Of a DNA stretch of 64,000 nt, positions 1-13,319 are shown one piece after another. The stretch is taken from contig JBEUKZ010000031.1 of the NCBI GenBank assembly GCA_048128005.1, positions 124,001-188,000 on the forward strand, read 5' to 3'. Positions within the stretch are counted from its first letter, which is position 1, and each line of letters begins with the position of its first letter. The notes under the pieces are model-generated. The model was not told where the DNA came from, made no database searches, and worked only from the letters and a program-made list of their open reading frames with translations. This stretch comes from Veleropilina oligotropha. Its lineage: Eukaryota. The translations under genes and the position numbers were made by a program.

Positions 1-350
1 TATAGTAACAATGAACTGCGCTAATCGTCAATCGGAAACAGCCGAACGATAAGCAGCGTTACATGCGCCTGTGATATAGTGTAATACTAACAAATTAACC
101 TATAAATATTGATACATTATTATCTTCTTCAGAGGGACTATAGTTCTGTTATTGTAGTGCTTCTGGAACTTCGGCAAAATTGTGTCGCTTTGTGTAATGG
201 ACTATACTCCGAAGTTGGCCCTTGCCTCCGTGAATTTCCTCTGTGATCTTCCCATTCGTTTACTAGTAATTGTGATATCGGCCGTTCGACAACCAACCCG
301 AGATCGTACTCTTTTGGATGCTGCAAACACCTACCACCGGATAAGTAATA

Positions 351-430
351 TAGGGCACCGATCCGGGGTTTTTCGCAACCCCTACATAACCGGTTACGTC
401 GGGGTTGCGAAAAAATCGGATCGGTGCCCT
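351..430. repeat. ~80-bp near-perfect hairpin mini-element (TAG...CTA ends)
   Basis: tagggcaccgatccgg...tttcgcaacccc pairs with ggggttgcgaaaaaatcggatcggtgcccta. It is absent from the related repeat copy at ~20260-20280. Confidence 0.7.
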
Positions 431-578
431 AGACTACCAGATAAGATGACGCAGTTCAAACACACATTGTAACAATATACACAATAAAGAAAACTACAAT
501 AGTCATCACATCGCAAGACATCACGGTTCCCCATCACGTGTGCACGTGATTGGGTAGGGTTTGCGCCAAGTCAATTAT

Positions 579-996
579 CAGGCGCGGATCCAGGGGGGCG
601 CGCCCCCCTTAAAGTTGGCCAAGCATACTAAAATAATATGTATAATCTGATACAAATGACTTTCAGAACATTATAAATAGGCTGTTGCAATGTAATAATG
701 CAGGAGGGGGGATTTCACATCGTTAATTGTCAAAATTTTCTTGCGCGTGGGGCGCCGACCCCACGCGGACAATTCGATTATGACAAAATAAAATACAAAT
801 TTGACTGTGCTATATGAGTGACGGTGGTTCATAAAAGTTAGAATGAAATATCGCTTTTGCCCTGTCAGAGTGCAGGAGAGGGGGTTTCAGGCTGTTGATT
901 CTCAAAATTTTCTTTCGCGTGGGGCCCCGCCACCACGCGAACAGCTGATAGTAAATTCAGCGCCCCCCCTAAGCGAAATTCCTGGATCCGCGCCTG
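579..996. mobile_element. Non-autonomous TIR element (MITE), 5-bp TSD
   Basis: TIRs caggcgcggatccagg / cctggatccgcgcctg; ATTAT on both flanks. Confidence 0.8.
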
Positions 997-1944
997 ATTA
1001 TTATTTATATTATAGACTCGACACCAATTCGTTATTTTAGATATCGGACAAGATTTCGTGGGTTACTTCCATGCAAACTGTTCCGATATCTAAAGCAACG
1101 AAGTGTGTCTCGTACAATAGTTATTATCTATACTCCCGAAGCACTGGTATAATAGCAGAGTGTCCGAGAAAGAACGTAATCATGCATAGACTAACTTAGT
1201 ACATGAAACAAATCCTTCTGATACGGATCCATGTTCTTGGATCTCCCTGTTCGCTTGGTGACTTTTTCTCTTTACATATTGACCCATAATTCTTGGTTGA
1301 CTGCTTCCTTATTGTCGTTAAAGATGCATTGCCCGTAAGTAGCGAAAAATGCTTTTAATTTTAAACCCCGGACTGCAAATGTATTTTTGCCAGTTACCTA
1401 AAGTTAGAAACTTTGCAATTTTCCCCAAAAAATCTATAGACGGGGTACCTGGAGCGCCTACGAATTAAAACTAAAAAATAATTAATAGGGGACCCCTTTT
1501 TATTATGGGTGGCGGCCATTTTGCCGAAAGAAATTTCGTCTCGCTTGGCACTGCAGAAGTTACCTTGGGATTTATTGAAGGTTGAGGTCCAACATTATCA
1601 CTGATTTACTATTTTACAATACTCTCTCATTGCATGCAACTTAGATAAATAATTCATTCATATTTGACGTAACATCTGTATGTTTCGAAAAAAAGTTTGC
1701 TCGAAAATGGACGAAATGTCATTTTTAGGACAAAACGATTTTGTTTTGGACGAAATGTATGCATCCTTGCCAAGTTTAATGGCCGCCACATAGAACGAAC
1801 CACTCTCCAGGCAAAGAGAATACGAAACGACGCCCAGGCTTATATATAGACTATGACTAGACTATGACTATGCGCTTTCTACAATGTCTCTTCTTATTTT
1901 ATTTTTAGACACAGTATATCATCATCATCTAGCTTTCATAATTC

Positions 1945-2617
1945 AAATCTACATAACAAAAGTTACAAATACATGTTTAAATTGTTATGTAGGCATTATA
2001 TACTCTTTTTTCTCTCTATATAACGTAACTTATTTTTTCACTGTATAAATAAATAACCGTTATAAATTTCAATGTACGGAAGTCTATATTATCGAATATA
2101 TTATTTAAAATTTTAGTATAAATTAAAATCCAGCGTTATGTAATTTCATATACTACAAATTTCTTTTCTTTCATTTTTGACAGTTTTTTTTTAAATGGTG
2201 ACCCCTAGAAGGGCCGGTGGTTGACATGTCCGCCCTCCTTGTCCGAAGCTCTTCACCCTCTTTTCTTCTCTTTTTAGAAAATATGTAACATTATTATCTA
2301 ATTTTCACTTTTCCAATTATACATAACGCTAATAATAACTTATGTTTAAATCGTTATGTATCCATTATATATCCTTTTTTCTCACTCGATAACTTAATAT
2401 TTTTTTTTTACTTTATAAATAAATTAACCGTTATAAATTTCAATATACGGAAGTACCTTTCACCAAACAAGTAATTTCAATGTTATAACTTATCAAATAA
2501 TCGTAATGTAACTTCATATACTACTAAAGTGCTTTTCTTTCCCTTTTACAATTTTTTTAAAATGGTGACCCCCTTGAGGGGCCGTTGGTTGCATGTCCGC
2601 CCTCCATGTCCGAAGCT
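1945..2617. repeat. Diverged ~370-bp direct tandem duplication
   Basis: aaataaccgttataaatttcaat and aaatggtgacccc...catgtccgccctcc.tgtccgaagct each occur twice ~370 bp apart. Confidence 0.7.
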
Positions 2618-3161
2618 GGTATTTGGTGACGGCAATGGTTCCCACATAAGAAGCACGAAAATCTACAAAGAAACGAAAAATCAAAAACAAAGTCCTGAGG
2701 TCGAAATCGCGGATAACGTGGAAGACCTCGTAAAACAAAACAAGAAAACAACAACAAAACTATGACTATGCGAGCAGAGTGAGAACGAACATAGAACGGC
2801 CAGCGCCGATTTCAGCAGTGATTTTGTATTATAAAACAACAAACAATGTAGGTTCTTTCACCTTGAATCATGAAAACTTTTTACAACATCCACATACATG
2901 TAAATAGGCCATGGTAGGACGATATCCGATATATACGGGCAATGCAACTTTAAGTCAACCACGAAGATCGTTCGTGAAACAGGCAACTTGTTCTATCATT
3001 ATTAAAATGTGTCGCTCCTGAAAAGGATACAGCGTCGCTTCAATTAGTTACAAATTGAAAATGATAGTTCCCGACCACGTGACAAGTTGAAGGAACTCGA
3101 TACTTTTTATAGTAATGACGCATGTTCCAAGCAACAGCTTATATTATGTCATGTGATAGGC

Positions 3162-4276
3162 CTATGCCAGTATCCCATGGATTCGCTGTCTTTTTAGACA
3201 AGGAAGCATAACTTCTTTGAAACCCTTCATTCGCGACGTGTAGATAATAGGATTAACGGCCGAATTAATGAACAACACGTACATAAACGCCGTTGTACTC
3301 TGAATAGACACTGAAAACCCATCAATTGACACCGTCAAAATATCTGCAACGAACAATGGTAGCGAACAAATGGTAAGAACCGCGAATATGACCCTAACTG
3401 TGGCTATAGATTCAACTTGCTGGCGATATCACCGGCTTCCGATATGGCGCCGAGAGTTGGCAGATGGCATTGCCCTGTTGTCTAATCGTCGAGGGTCATG
3501 CGCAGTTAGCGTAGCTGCTGAGCGTGGAATCTCTCTGGACGCGTCAGATCCATTAGCAGTCGATAACGCCATTCGTGACGTGGCGGGTTGCGACGTCGTT
3601 GCTGTGGAATTAGTTGATATGCTATTTATTGATGAAATGTTGCTCACAAGTCGCCGATTACGAAAGTGAAATTTCACTAGAAGACAAATAAGGATCACGA
3701 ACGCAACGAAAATTGATAAGTATACGATAATAAAGTAGGGTGTCATGTATGAGATGTAGACATAGTATCGGACATCATAAATTATTCGGAGCGAACAAGA
3801 AGTGATGCTGTATTCGTACACGCTCCACAATGGTAACGGCACACACGACACCAGAACAGACACCAACCAGACGATCGTAAACCAGATGTGAAAGGAACCC
3901 AGACTGAGCATTTTTAATTCTGATATTCGCTCAAAACATATGAGCAGAATGTGCAACATCGCCGAGCTTTCGCATATGTATATTAGGGTCGTAGCAAACA
4001 TGCAAACGTAAAACCTTCTGCCATTAAATGCAGTAATGACGATAGACAATCCGACGAGCATATATCACTTATGCTCAAACTGAGAACGCAACGGTTGTAG
4101 AAGCTCGCGCGGAGCTCTTTCTTCCTGATCACGGCATAGGAGACCCAGTAGTTTAACAGCATTATCAATATTGCTGAGACGATCAGTATTATTTCAAGGG
4201 ACGCAGCGAGCGAGTTAGCGGTCCTAGGGGAAAATTTGTCCACCGCTTCCGCAGATGACGTATTGCTAACGTTCAT
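3162..4276 (-). pseudogene. Intronless rhodopsin-class (class A) GPCR with two frameshifts
   Basis: MNVSNTS N-terminus with glycosylation sequons; TM1 LLN; TM2 SLSISD; TM3 LICFERI (DRY-like); TM6 ICSLP; TM7 NSAVNPIIY followed by helix 8. The protein is split over three frames, with shifts near 4062 and 3430. Confidence 0.8.
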
Positions 4277-5804
4277 CTTGAAATCTGCAAAAAGGATGGC
4301 ACTAATGAACAAGGATAACAATCAGAAAACATCATAAGTTAAACTCTACGCCGATATGTGATCTTGTATCCAATTTTAAACTTGAAGTAAATATTACGAC
4401 ATAAGCTAAGTGTACAGTATATCTTACTGAATTGAAAAGGTTTACAATTGTAGTGTACTTATATACTGCGAATGAAAATCATCCCACTTGAGAAAACTGT
4501 TTATGAAAAAGAAGCTATTGAGAAATCGCCCCAAAAAACAATTGAGATGATTTTTGTCAGTTTGTCGTTGTAAACAAACCCTTTTAGATAGATATTTACA
4601 TTTTAGTAATAGCGAGAAGATATCACACATTTTCTTTTTAAGAATCTTCGTTAAATGTGATTAACGGTCATAGTTGTTTAAAGAAGCTCGGAGTAGAGAA
4701 ATAAAGTGTATCAGGTGGACGAAAATAAAGTTGTGAGCCGATGAGCGTCGTCCATGATATCACCGTACACGAAACAATTCATAATGGTATGCAACCGATA
4801 ATGTATGATTTATCTGCAAATAATACGCATTACGTCATCGTCTTGCCTTTAATGCACCGTACCCTTAAAGCAGTCAATTCCGAAGTCTGTTTGACGAATT
4901 TTTAACCAAGTGCATTGTCACATGTTGGCTTTTTATACTTTAGGAATGGGTTCGATACGTTCTGATAAGCTGAAGGGTGTTCGATATAAAATAAACCAAA
5001 CAAATTTTGTATTTTCACTTTTTTTCTTTTCGTGTCCGTGTTTTAACGTCAACGCTGATGTTATTTATCTTTAATATTAAGAGCACCCATGACTCGTTCG
5101 GGTGTCATTTTAGGTGATAATACACGATTTTATATCATTTGGTTAAAAAGCGTGCATATACATCTTTACTTCTTGTAGAAATGCGTTAATTTTAGGTTTG
5201 AGGGGCAGATTAATCGTAACACAGTTTTTGGTTACAATACAAAACCTTGTGACTTTTTCATACAATCCTGTGGCGGGTGCTTATTACAATTTTATTCACC
5301 AGTAAAACATTTATTGCACAAGATATGGTGTATCCGTGGTTCGGCACTCCGTGAAGATGATCCGGATTTTATGATGCAATTTCCAGTTTTACGGATTTTC
5401 GACCGTAGCGTTAAAGCGCTTCGTCGTACAACCTTTATAAGATTAGGCTCTAAATGTTCATACATCACAGAACAATGACCTGATGAATTATATATGGGAT
5501 CTACATCACCCAAGATGGCCGCCAAAGGAATTGGGAAAAAAAAAAAATGGGTCAATTTTTAGACCTAATGTAATTGATATTACCTCAGCCCAAAAATGTG
5601 AAATATCAACTTTAAAAACTTTTAAGAATATATTGAAATCAATATGCAATAATGAACCATAACTCTATTTCCACTAATCTAACATTTGACGGAAGGGGGG
5701 AATACCCATTTCTCACATCTGTGTTGCAAGGAGTTTGTAGCACTCATTTTTTGCTCCGAAGTAAAGATCGTCTAGATGTTGCGATATATGAAATACAGGA
5801 AATG

Positions 5805-6070
5805 AAAGGATCGATGCTTAATGTCCTGTATATTTCCAACCTTAATGTCCTGTATATTTCCAACCAAGCAGGACATGTTCGTATTATCGCGGGGGGAAAG
5901 CCCGGGTAACCTCGCCCTCTCCGACCAGTTACGGACAACTGTGATTCATAATTTGAACAAATGTGTGCTGCCCTGCCGAGGTTTGAACTCACTACTGTTC
6001 GCGTCGGCGGAAGCAAGTCAGTGATTTTCGGAGTCCACAACCGATACCACTGTACTGTCGAAGCGACCCC
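5805..6070 (-). mobile_element. tRNA-derived SINE (family A), diverged
   Basis: Reverse-complement match to the 18399-18660 copy; small internal duplication of cttaatgtcctgtatatttccaac. Confidence 0.75.
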
Positions 6071-6262
6071 GATAAATGAAAGAACTCGTGCGGATATAGA
6101 GTGACACAATTTACACTACTAAGGAAGGATACGTTCATATACCTCTCCTGAAAAAATCAGGTAAATCTGTATACAGTAACTATTGACTTATTGCGAGTTA
6201 AGAAGTAATGTCACGTCCGGGGAAATTTGCAAATTCACACAATAACGCAGGTATCTTATGGT

Positions 6263-7385
6263 CATATCTCATCTCATATCCACTTGTTTTCCCGGCTTTG
6301 ACATAGGCCGCTAACAAATTTTCTCCGGACTATCTCGGTCCTGAGCCAGTCTCTGCAATGACCTCATGTGTGTCTTCAAGTTACGCCGCCATGCATTCCT
6401 GGAACGACATCCCTTCCTTTTCCATTGTGGCGCTGGACGCAGGCTTACGGAGCGTATGGCCGACCCATCTCCATCGTCCTAGCAAGATCTATTCTTCTGC
6501 AAGCTGTTGTCTTGTTCGTTACCACAGTTCTTCATTGCTGATTCTGTCTGGTCAGCGAATCCGAGGAATCCTCCTAAGACAGGTATTGATGAACGTCTGG
6601 ATTCTCTTCATGGCGGCTACATAATATGTTCTCACGACTCAGTTCCATATAGCAAGACAGGCTTCATGATTGTGTTGAATCTTCTCATTTTGATATTTGT
6701 TGTCAGATTTGTGGACGCCTTTGTCTCATCAATTCGTATTTTAATGCCACCATCTGTGCTCCCTTGCTTGTAAATGATGCTGCCAAGATATGTGAAACTC
6801 TCCATATATTCCAGCACCTCGCTTTCCAGCATGATGTATTTTCTGCATTGGCATAGATGGTCTTGCTCTCCCCTCTATGGATGTTGAGGCCCAGTCGAGT
6901 TTTCCGCTATAATGCTGGTCTTTTCCTGCAACTGTTGCTGGGGATGAGGTAGGAAAGCGAAATCGTCGACATATTCAAGGTCACCTAGCTGTGTCCAGAG
7001 CGTCCATTTGATGCCATTCTCTTCGGAGCTATATAGGCCTCTGCCTTCAAGGTCACCTAGCTGTGTCCAGAGCGTCCATTTGATGCCATTCTGTTCGGAG
7101 CTATATAGGCCTCTGCCTTCAAGGTCACCTAGCCGTGTCCGAGCGTCCATTTGCCATTCTCTTCGGAGCTATATAGGCCTCTGCCTTCAAGGTCATCTAG
7201 CCGTGTCTATTTGCCATTCTGTTCGGAACTATATAGGCCTCTGCCTTCAAGATCACCTAGCTGTGTACAGAGCGTTCATTCGATGCCATTCTGTTCGGAG
7301 CTATATAGGTCTCGGCCTTCATAACCCAGTCTATTGCGAGCAGGAACAGGAAAGTCGATAACAATCAGGACATCAACTCGTAGGA
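6263..7385 (-). mobile_element. 5'-truncated RTE-clade LINE remnant
   Basis: RT motif GIKWTLWTQLGDLEYVDD (YADD-like), ESFTYLGS, IMKPVLLYGTES; short tgaga-type tail near 6265; many lesions. Confidence 0.85.
6977..7320. repeat. ~60-70-bp tandem repeat inside the LINE RT region (about 5 units)
   Basis: Repeated caaggtcacctagctgtgtccagagcgtccatttgatgccattctgttcggagctatataggcctctgcctt. Confidence 0.85.
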
Positions 7386-7494
7386 TATTATAATTACAAT
7401 ATATTTTAATATTAATATATTCTGTTTTTATTTTTGTAGTGCATTTGATGGCCGTGTTAATTGCTATCATCCTTGCAATTGACAAGGAAACGAT

Positions 7495-7722
7495 AGATGC
7501 TTAATGTCATGTATATTTCAGACCATCACATGGTTCCAAGCCGGACATGTACATATTACCGTAGGAGTAAATCGCGGTCGCACGAGGACACCCGCCCTCT
7601 CCGACCAGTTACGGACAACTGTGATTCTTAACTTGAGCAAATGTGTGATGTCCCTGCCGAGGTTTGAACCCACTACTGTTCGCGTCAGAAGAATCAAGTC
7701 AGTGATTTTCGGATACCACACG
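7495..7722 (-). mobile_element. SINE family A copy, diverged
   Basis: Core cccgccctctccgaccagttacggacaactgtgattc...gaacccactactgttcgcgtc. Confidence 0.7.
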
Positions 7723-9462
7723 ACTGACGAAGGCCTTGCCTTAAAGATGAATAATGATCCAGATTTCATTACGTCATATTCGTTTTTCTGCTTTAGCGGG
7801 AAAACTATTGGTGGTAGAGATGTTTGGCTTCAACCATCATGTTTGTTGGCGAGGGTTTGCAAATTTCGATTGTCTTGTTACTTATTAGTGTTTGAGTTTC
7901 TTCAAATGAACGTATCCTGTAGAGTTTACGATAATATCTGTATTCGAATATAGACGTAGGCCTACAAAGATTTTTTTTTCTCTAAGATTTTAATAACGTT
8001 GGCGTCCGTTCGCATGCGCATGCGAACTCTCGATGGTTCTAATGCAGTTCGTGCAAGAAAAGCGGGTTGGTTGGAACATTATTAGGTTATATCACAATCG
8101 GGATTTAACGTCTATCCGATCAGAAGACGGTGTTTTAATGGAAAAAACTTCGGAAACCCAGGGGTATACGAAACATTAACCCTTGGTATCGTAGACCAGC
8201 GTCGTATCGACTCGGCCATGCCGCCCTTACAAGGAAAGTGACAGCAAAAACAGTCCATTACGTGACAGAGACAGTGTAATTAACAGATAAGATATGATCT
8301 GTAATCTATAAGAGATAACTGATCACGAAAGAGCAAAATTGTGTAACTCTTTACCACCACCACAATGTGGTATCTTCATCATTATATGACTGCTTGACTG
8401 AATAACAAGGACTCGTCTTATGATGATCCCTGCATTATTTGCATAATGAATCTTTTGATTTCATCTTTTAAATTTGTGTTCCTTCTTTGTAACAAAACTA
8501 ATCTATTAATTTACCTACCTTGAGTTCAGATTTTTACCTGGGTGTTAGAGCAACTGCAACGGGCAAAGATCGAAATGGTCATTTAATGAAGGAGATATGC
8601 CATATATGCGTCAACGGCAAGCGATGCCGTTACCGCAGGGTTACCGGACGGGGAATTCCACAATATGACGTAATTTTAAGGGCTTCCCGTCTTTCGGTGT
8701 CAAATTAAATCAACAACAGAATCTGATAACAGGTTTATTCTCAGTTCTCTCACTTTCACACCTCGACGCATACTCCCTTGTCCCAATTTAAATTTATCCG
8801 ATTGCAGTGAGTGTCTAATACAAAAACTATAGCCTGTTCAGGCCCGTCGGAAGCAATTTTGTATTGGTCAGCTCAGAGCTTCCAACCCATATGAATGGAA
8901 AACAGTGATATTGCCAATGGCCGAAAGCCGTCAGCATTGAAAGCCCAAGGGCCCCGATTAACTACCCCTTGTATAGGTCTTAGATGCGTTTCCTGCAATC
9001 TGGGTTATATATTGAGTATTTATTGACCATTATATTTGCCCCAAAATTTGAGTTTTGGGAAACAAATATATTATATATTATAAATTCCATTCAGAAATGA
9101 CATTATTATAAGAACATGACTTCATGAAATATTTATTTTTGAGTTTCCTATTATCAACAATGGAATCAGAAATATTATCCATTATGGTATCATTAATTAA
9201 ATAATGCCAAAGGCAATGTTCCAACTTGAGTTGCATTAGTATGCTATGAATTTAAATCATAATTTCAATCACTTCAGAATCAAAGAATCAAAATTTTGAT
9301 AAATAACGATGTGAAACCACATCTCTTATTAATACAATGTAGTGCAAACGCGATATTTCTTACCCACAATGTATGAATCACTTTCATTGAAATATATGAG
9401 GCAATCGTTCATTTTTCATAATCAAACACATGCATTTCTGATTTTCAAAGAGGGTTCGGATC

Positions 9463-10212
9463 CACGGGCCATTGACGCTTAAACCAGAAATATGAGCGAA
9501 ATCCATCATCGACTTGCTACCCACCCACTGATTACGTATAATATATAAGAGGGCATCCATCTTTAATTTTTCCGGTTATTCACTTGCCCCGCTTCGAATC
9601 GCGTTTCACCTACCAGAAGCAACAGTAATAAAGGAAACGTACTATCATGCAATGCATTACATACTTATCTTCGCCCCACTTGCCTCATTAGAGCAGAAAA
9701 GCCGAACCGATAACGATAAAAGCGACATTTGTTCGTCCCTTGGGCCACATCTTCTAACCGTGTCGAATTTTTTCTACAAATATCAATCTCCGATTGTGCT
9801 TCGCTACATCGTGTATGGATGCAAGGGAAATAACTCGTCTCTGTTTTCCCTTGCGTCCATACACGATGTAGCGAAGCACAATCGGAGATTGATATTTGTA
9901 GAAAAAATTCGACACGGTTAGAAGATGTGGCCCAAGGGACGAACAAATGTCGCTTTTATCGTTATCGTTTCGGCTTTTCTGCTCTAATGAGGCAAGTGGG
10001 GCGAAGATAAGTATGTAATGCATTGCATGATAGTACGTTTCCTTTATTACTGTTGCTTCTGGTAGGTGAAACGCGATTCGAAGCGGGGCAAGTGAATAAC
10101 CGGAAAAATTAAAGATGGATACCCTCTTATATATTATACGTAATCAGTGGGTGGGTAGCAAGTCGATGATGGATTTCGCTCATATTTCTGGTTTAAGCGT
10201 CAATGGCCCGTG
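9463..10212. mobile_element. 750-bp foldback element (near-perfect palindrome), 8-bp TSD
   Basis: Arms of ~365 bp with a loop near 9831-9845; ends CACGGGCC...GGCCCGTG; TSD TTCGGATC at 9455-9462 and 10213-10220. Confidence 0.92.
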
Positions 10213-10296
10213 TTCGGATCACCTGGGCCCTACAGGCAAATTTGCCTACTATTATTAATTTCGCGAAACCCCCAGTCCTGCATTCTGGTAGTGACT

Positions 10297-10520
10297 GTCC
10301 TCGATGGCCCAACTGGTTAGGGCGTCGGAAAAACGATAAGTGGGACGGTAGGATGTGGGTTCAAGCCCTCGCCGGCCTGGCTTATTCTAAGGCTTAAAAC
10401 TAATAGATGGCATATCCCTAATGTATGTCGGTCACATCGGAGTGAGACCTTAAACCGGGTGTCCCGACCGCGATAAGACTGAAAAATTGTCAAAAAGTGG
10501 TCGTTAAATAAATCTACCTA
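10297..10520 (+). mobile_element. tRNA-derived SINE (second family)
   Basis: A-box-like tggcccaactggtt, B-box-like gggttcaagccc, tail taaataaatctacctac. Confidence 0.5.
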
Positions 10521-12799
10521 CAGCGATATTTCATATCAGCATTTCTGAACCATTTTCCCTGAAATGCGTGGGTAAATTTTCGTTTTTTTTACATCAAATA
10601 CATGCAAGTTTGATTTCTAAAAGGCGTCCCCAGAAAAATTTGACAATTAATGGTTTGAAACCCCAGCTCCTGCATTCAGACAGTTCAAATACGCTATTTC
10701 TTATCAACATTTATGAACCATTGTCATTAAAAAAATGTATCAGCACAAATTCCTTTTTTTAACAATCACACATTTCTGATTTCCAAAAGGTGGGGTCCCG
10801 ACCACTTGGTCGAAGAAAATTTTGACAATTAACGGTGTGAAACCCTCTCATCTGCATTCTAACAGTGCAATCGCGATATTTCTTAACAACTATTAAGATT
10901 CATTTTCACTAAGTGTATAGGTAAAACAAAAAATTCACAATCAAACATGCATTCTTGATATTCAAGGGGGGGGGGGAGGGAGGCGGACCCCTCTGGATCC
11001 GCTAGTGGAATATATATATGATGTAAAGAACATGGTCAACTTAATTATAACCAGCATAATTTTGCATTACGTTTCTTCAGATTATAATGCAACAAGATTA
11101 ATAAAATATGCATTAATATGCACCCAAATTAATGAAATTATAATATCCCGTTCCTAGGCCTATTTAGCGCATTTACACTAAACTGTCTCAATGGCCGAGT
11201 ACCGATGTGCACAATAACAGTGTACAAGAGCGTCTTTTCCAAATATTTTAAACTTATTGTCACAAACTAAATGCCCTAGATATATTCCTGGCAGGCATGT
11301 GGAGGTATTAGTTACAAATAGCTGCCTACAGAATTGGCATGAGAAAAGTTAATTATATTGTCAGCTACAACACTACAAGCGGAATATTATATAGTGGACA
11401 GAGCATAGTCGACGGATGTATGGTTTTACACATGTAGTCAGCGATAATAGAATACTGTAGAAACATTTTCTTGATACCCCCTCCCCCAAATATTGGTCAG
11501 GCCAAAGCCTGACCGCTTCCGACGGCCTTGCTGTTTAACTGTGTTCACTTGGCTATAGATTATATAAGAACAACAATGAAATTGGCGAATGGCATGTATT
11601 TGCAAGTTGATATTTTTGTTATTTTTTTATATGAAAGCGTTATCCGGAACAATTACAAGTTTTCACGACGTGAAGCAAGAGAAATGTAGGCCTATATGTC
11701 ACAATATTTATCGTTTTCATCAATGATTTCATATCTTGAACTACCGGTATGTTTCCAACGATAATAATATTAGTAATCTATAGTCACGATATTTTTTTTA
11801 GTTTTCGTTACTACTTGGTAATGAAGAACTTTGTCTTGGTCCAACAGACATTGCTGGACCAAAATATTTCGATCCATCTCTGTTAGAATTTGGCTGCCAA
11901 AAGCATGTAGCACGTGTTGGCCGTGTATATAGAATGGTGCAAATCGGACGTTTCCGCATTGCCGTTGCCGGATTGCCGCGTTTCAAAGGTGAAGCATCTT
12001 GTGTCTCTCAAGAAAACGTAATAACGGAAATCGTTGAAATCCTCGTTAAAATCCAAATCATCATCATTATCTTGTGTCTCTTGTTTACCACTGTCGTCAC
12101 CTGAATCAGGTTTCTTGTTATTAATAAAAAAAATTTACATTTACGAATCAACAAATGCGCATATATATGATTTAAATACAGTAACATGATACATAATACA
12201 TATACAGACACTAATGATAAAAAATGTTTCATTAAAAGGTGGGGTTTTTGGCATGAATTAGCAAATGAAAATAGCATTTCGGTTATTAAGATGATAGAAA
12301 AAAGACGATATATTACATTTGCAAAATAATTTTGTTGATACCTCTGTTTCTCTGTATTTTATAATTGAGGATAAACCACGTTATATGTTTAATAAAAGTA
12401 AATTGTTATCTTTTATTAAAATCCTTTTTTACGAGCATGTGGTGTCGGAGTTCATCTTTGGCAATATTGAGACTTGTCCATATTATCGCGTGGGACACCA
12501 GCTTATCGATACTGGTGTAATAAGAGCGTGCATTTCCTTTCGCTCTCCCAAAATCCGATTCACAGGCGTGGGACCGAATCCTATTTGGTGCGCTTTGTGC
12601 AGTTAACAGTCACATGTGTGCTGTCGTGGCTTAAAGGCCGGAGTCCGAAACCACCCGGTAGGTAGGCGATGCCTGCGGTTTTGAGGTGTCACCTTCTGTC
12701 GTCGGTCAATCGAGCTTGCCTGTGAAGTTAAATGCCTACACTGCAAAAATACATCACTACATCACAGTAATTACTTTAGATACGTCTTTTGTTATGGGA

Positions 12800-13319
12800 C
12801 TGTCAATCATCGGGTGAACATCCATCGAGATCAGGGCATTGTAGAACGGTTTAGCCATATATACACTCTTTCGGAACGGCTCTTTGGGCACCAGTATGCA
12901 GTTGAGATGCAGTTGACAGGCGGACAGCGGTCAACAGAGTGGGTAGCCCGCCTGCCTGCTGTTGTCTCTGCATTAAACGCCGAGGCGACAAGGTTGACTG
13001 GAAAAAAACCTCCGTCGCCATAAAAGCTAAGACTGTGGAACAAAAACCCTCTGTTGCTGCTGGTAGTAGACCCACAGGGATGAAAGAACAAAAGATCCCC
13101 TCTGATGTGCGTCTGTGGTATTTCTACCAGGCAGGTGATCTGGAGGATGGTCGCCGGGGAGCCACTGACCCGGTGTGGTCTCATCAAGTTAATAGCCTTA
13201 GTAGTTCGGTGACTAACCCGGACGAGCCTGTCCTATATTATTTGCAGGATGGCCCCGAATGCGGATTTGTCCGGGAAGAGTTGCTTGTTGTGCCTCCAGA
13301 TAGTGTTCTCACTCGATGA
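12800..13319 (+). pseudogene. Retroviral-type (RVE) integrase, C-terminal half, Polinton/adintovirus-like
   Basis: HRDQGIVERF..TL (catalytic E helix), EWVARLPAVVSALN...RLTGKKP, then after a frameshift DPVWS...PVLYYLQDGP..GFVREELL. 5' truncated. Confidence 0.75.

Larger units (their letters stand above)
8839..11530. mobile_element. Non-autonomous TIR element hosting nested insertions
   Basis: TIRs caggcccgtcggaagc / gcttccgacggccttg; CTGTT on both flanks (5 bp). Confidence 0.55.

Noticed and set aside
4864..5616. Kolobok-like element (TTAA flanks, AG...CT ends)
   Set aside because: The TIR match is too weak to support.
9652..10023. Mirror-image 89-aa ORFs on both strands
   Set aside because: They are a by-product of the palindrome and show no protein motifs.
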